Below are positions 62,880 through 64,000 of a DNA stretch of 64,000 bases, one piece after another; position 1 is the first letter of the stretch, and the number at the start of each line of letters is the position of its first letter. The notes under the pieces were generated by a model. The model was not told where the DNA came from. It ran no database searches and was given only the letters and a program-made list of their open reading frames with translations. Both the position numbers and the translations under genes were made by a program. The stretch is from the NCBI GenBank assembly GCA_038057055.1, contig JBBUDY010000019.1:25101-89100 (forward strand), given 5' to 3'. Origin of the DNA: Patescibacteria group bacterium (GTDB lineage Bacteria; Patescibacteriota; Minisyncoccia; Phycocordibacterales; Phycocordibacteraceae).

Positions 62880-64000
62880 ATGAAGATGAAGCGCTTTGTC
62901 CCGCACTTGGGTATTGTCGCCGCTCTGGCGGCCAGTCTACTCGCGGTTGCCTTCGCAAACAGAGTCTCTCTAGGATTGTTGCCTACCCCGAGTATCTCCA
63001 CAGTACCCCCGACCCTTTCTGTAGTGCCCGGACTCGCATTGCCCCTTATCGCGCTCTCAGGTACTGAATCCACGACAAACGTATCGGCAGCTCCTGAAGT
63101 TCAGAATATACCGGCACCGGAAAAGACAGCTTCAACGTTTAAAAAATCGACACCCACCGCCTCATCTGTGCCGGTCGCAACGCCGGTTTCTGCGCCCACG
63201 AACCCCGCACCCCATGCGAAATCACAGGCGCAATTAAATGCAGAATTGGATGCAGCCGCATCGACCGTGCGTAGCGCGCTGGTAAACATCATTTGCTATA
63301 CCCCTACGGGAAGCCGCCTACACTCTATTTCAGGCAGCGGAGTATTCGTCGATTCGAAAGGGATTATTCTCACCAATGCGCACATCGCGCAATACTTCCT
63401 CCTCGCAGACCGTAGCGTAGAATGTACAATTCGCACAGGAAGTCCGGCAGTAAATAAATACGAAGCGGCGCTCATCTACATTTCGCCCGCGTGGCTCAAG
63501 GCGAATCCAAATGTGCTCACAAAAACTGCACCAAGTGGGACTGGTGAATACGACTTTGCGCTCATTGCGATTACAAAGAATGTCGACAGGAATCCTCTCC
63601 CCGATATATTTCCCTCAATACCACTCGCAACACTTCCCCCCATGACGGGTACTCCAGTAGTGATCGCTTCCTATGGTGCTCAGTTTCTAGAGCAAAGCCA
63701 AGTACAATCTGCCCTTTTCCCTACTGTCGTCTTTGGATCAGTGAAGGATATCTTCACCTTCGCAACGAATACGATTGATGTGCTCGCGCTCGGTGGCTCG
63801 GCCGCTGCACAAGAAGGTTCTTCTGGTGGCGGTGTTGCAAGTGCGTCTGGCGAGCTTGTGGGTACTATCACGACGAGCACGACCAAGGGCACCACCGACA
63901 CCCGCTCTCTAAGTGCCATCACCGCGTCCTATATCCGTGCCGAGTACGCAAGCGAGACAGGGAGCGCACTTGACCTCCTGCTTGCCCAACCAACCGCAAC
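62880..64000 (+). CDS. Secreted trypsin-like (S1) serine protease, C-terminus beyond window
   Basis: Not in the ORF track because there is no stop in the window. Signal/TM LGIVAALAASLLAVAF, His region GSGVFVDSKGIILTNAHI, Ser region QEGSSGGGV. Confidence 0.75.
   Translation, partial: MKMKRFVPHLGIVAALAASLLAVAFANRVSLGLLPTPSISTVPPTLSVVPGLALPLIALSGTESTTNVSAAPEVQNIPAPEKTASTFKKSTPTASSVPVATPVSAPTNPAPHAKSQAQLNAELDAAASTVRSALVNIICYTPTGSRLHSISGSGVFVDSKGIILTNAHIAQYFLLADRSVECTIRTGSPAVNKYEAALIYISPAWLKANPNVLTKTAPSGTGEYDFALIAITKNVDRNPLPDIFPSIPLATLPPMTGTPVVIASYGAQFLEQSQVQSALFPTVVFGSVKDIFTFATNTIDVLALGGSAAAQEGSSGGGVASASGELVGTITTSTTKGTTDTRSLSAITASYIRAEYASETGSALDLLLAQPTA

Noticed and set aside
1-64000. CRISPR arrays, rRNA genes, IS elements, prophage structural genes, integrases
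   Set aside because: No regularly spaced short repeats, rRNA-like sequence, transposase or recombinase motifs, or capsid, terminase or portal-like ORFs were seen on either strand.
1-64000. Alternative genetic code (UGA recoding, as in some CPR lineages)
   Set aside because: Many confident genes end at TGA with normal lengths and ATGA start-stop coupling (ruvA/Mur ligase, polA/holA, toxin/comEC). The standard code fits.

Overview
This is a compact, gene-dense chromosomal window that uses the standard genetic code. Gene content alone suggests a small-genome CPR/Patescibacteria-like bacterium; this is an inference. Core content: the origin neighbourhood (rpmH-rnpA-yidC next to dnaA-dnaN, with DnaA-box-like 9-mers); recombination, repair and replication genes (ruvA, ruvB, ruvC, recJ, polA, holA, rarA, rnhA); envelope genes (Mur ligase, class A PBP, M50 protease); and pgk-tpiA, nusA, ppa, clpP, rny, hup, sod, rpmB, tRNA-Lys(UUU) and tRNA-Gly(UCC). 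There is also a DNA-uptake toolkit (two PilB-type ATPases, PilC, three pilin-like genes, ComEC) and a VirB4-centred T4SS-like cluster with no relaxase or coupling protein. The most unusual signal is structural. At six or more loci, small accessory cassettes sit between diverged direct duplicates of the terminus of the adjacent conserved feature. The cassettes carry four of the window's six type II TA pairs, an SSS transporter, a GHKL-ATPase plus STAS-like pair, and orphan ORFs. The duplicated termini are the pilB 3' end (x3), rpmB 3' end (x3), rny 3' end (x2), comEC 5' end (x2), an intergenic terminator module (x2) and the 5' end of a candidate structured RNA (x2). The copies differ mostly by synonymous or conservative changes, and no integrase, transposase or IS ends are visible. 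Other candidates are a B12-type radical SAM enzyme with a co-transcribed 45-aa Arg/Pro-rich peptide, a DUF1874 (AcrIII-1/Crn2-like) ORF, an HTH-Fic protein, a ~240-nt candidate ncRNA upstream of ruvB, and a recurrent extended -10 promoter set 6-8 nt before ATG (leaderless design). All calls come from reading the sequence and the ORF track; no database search was run.
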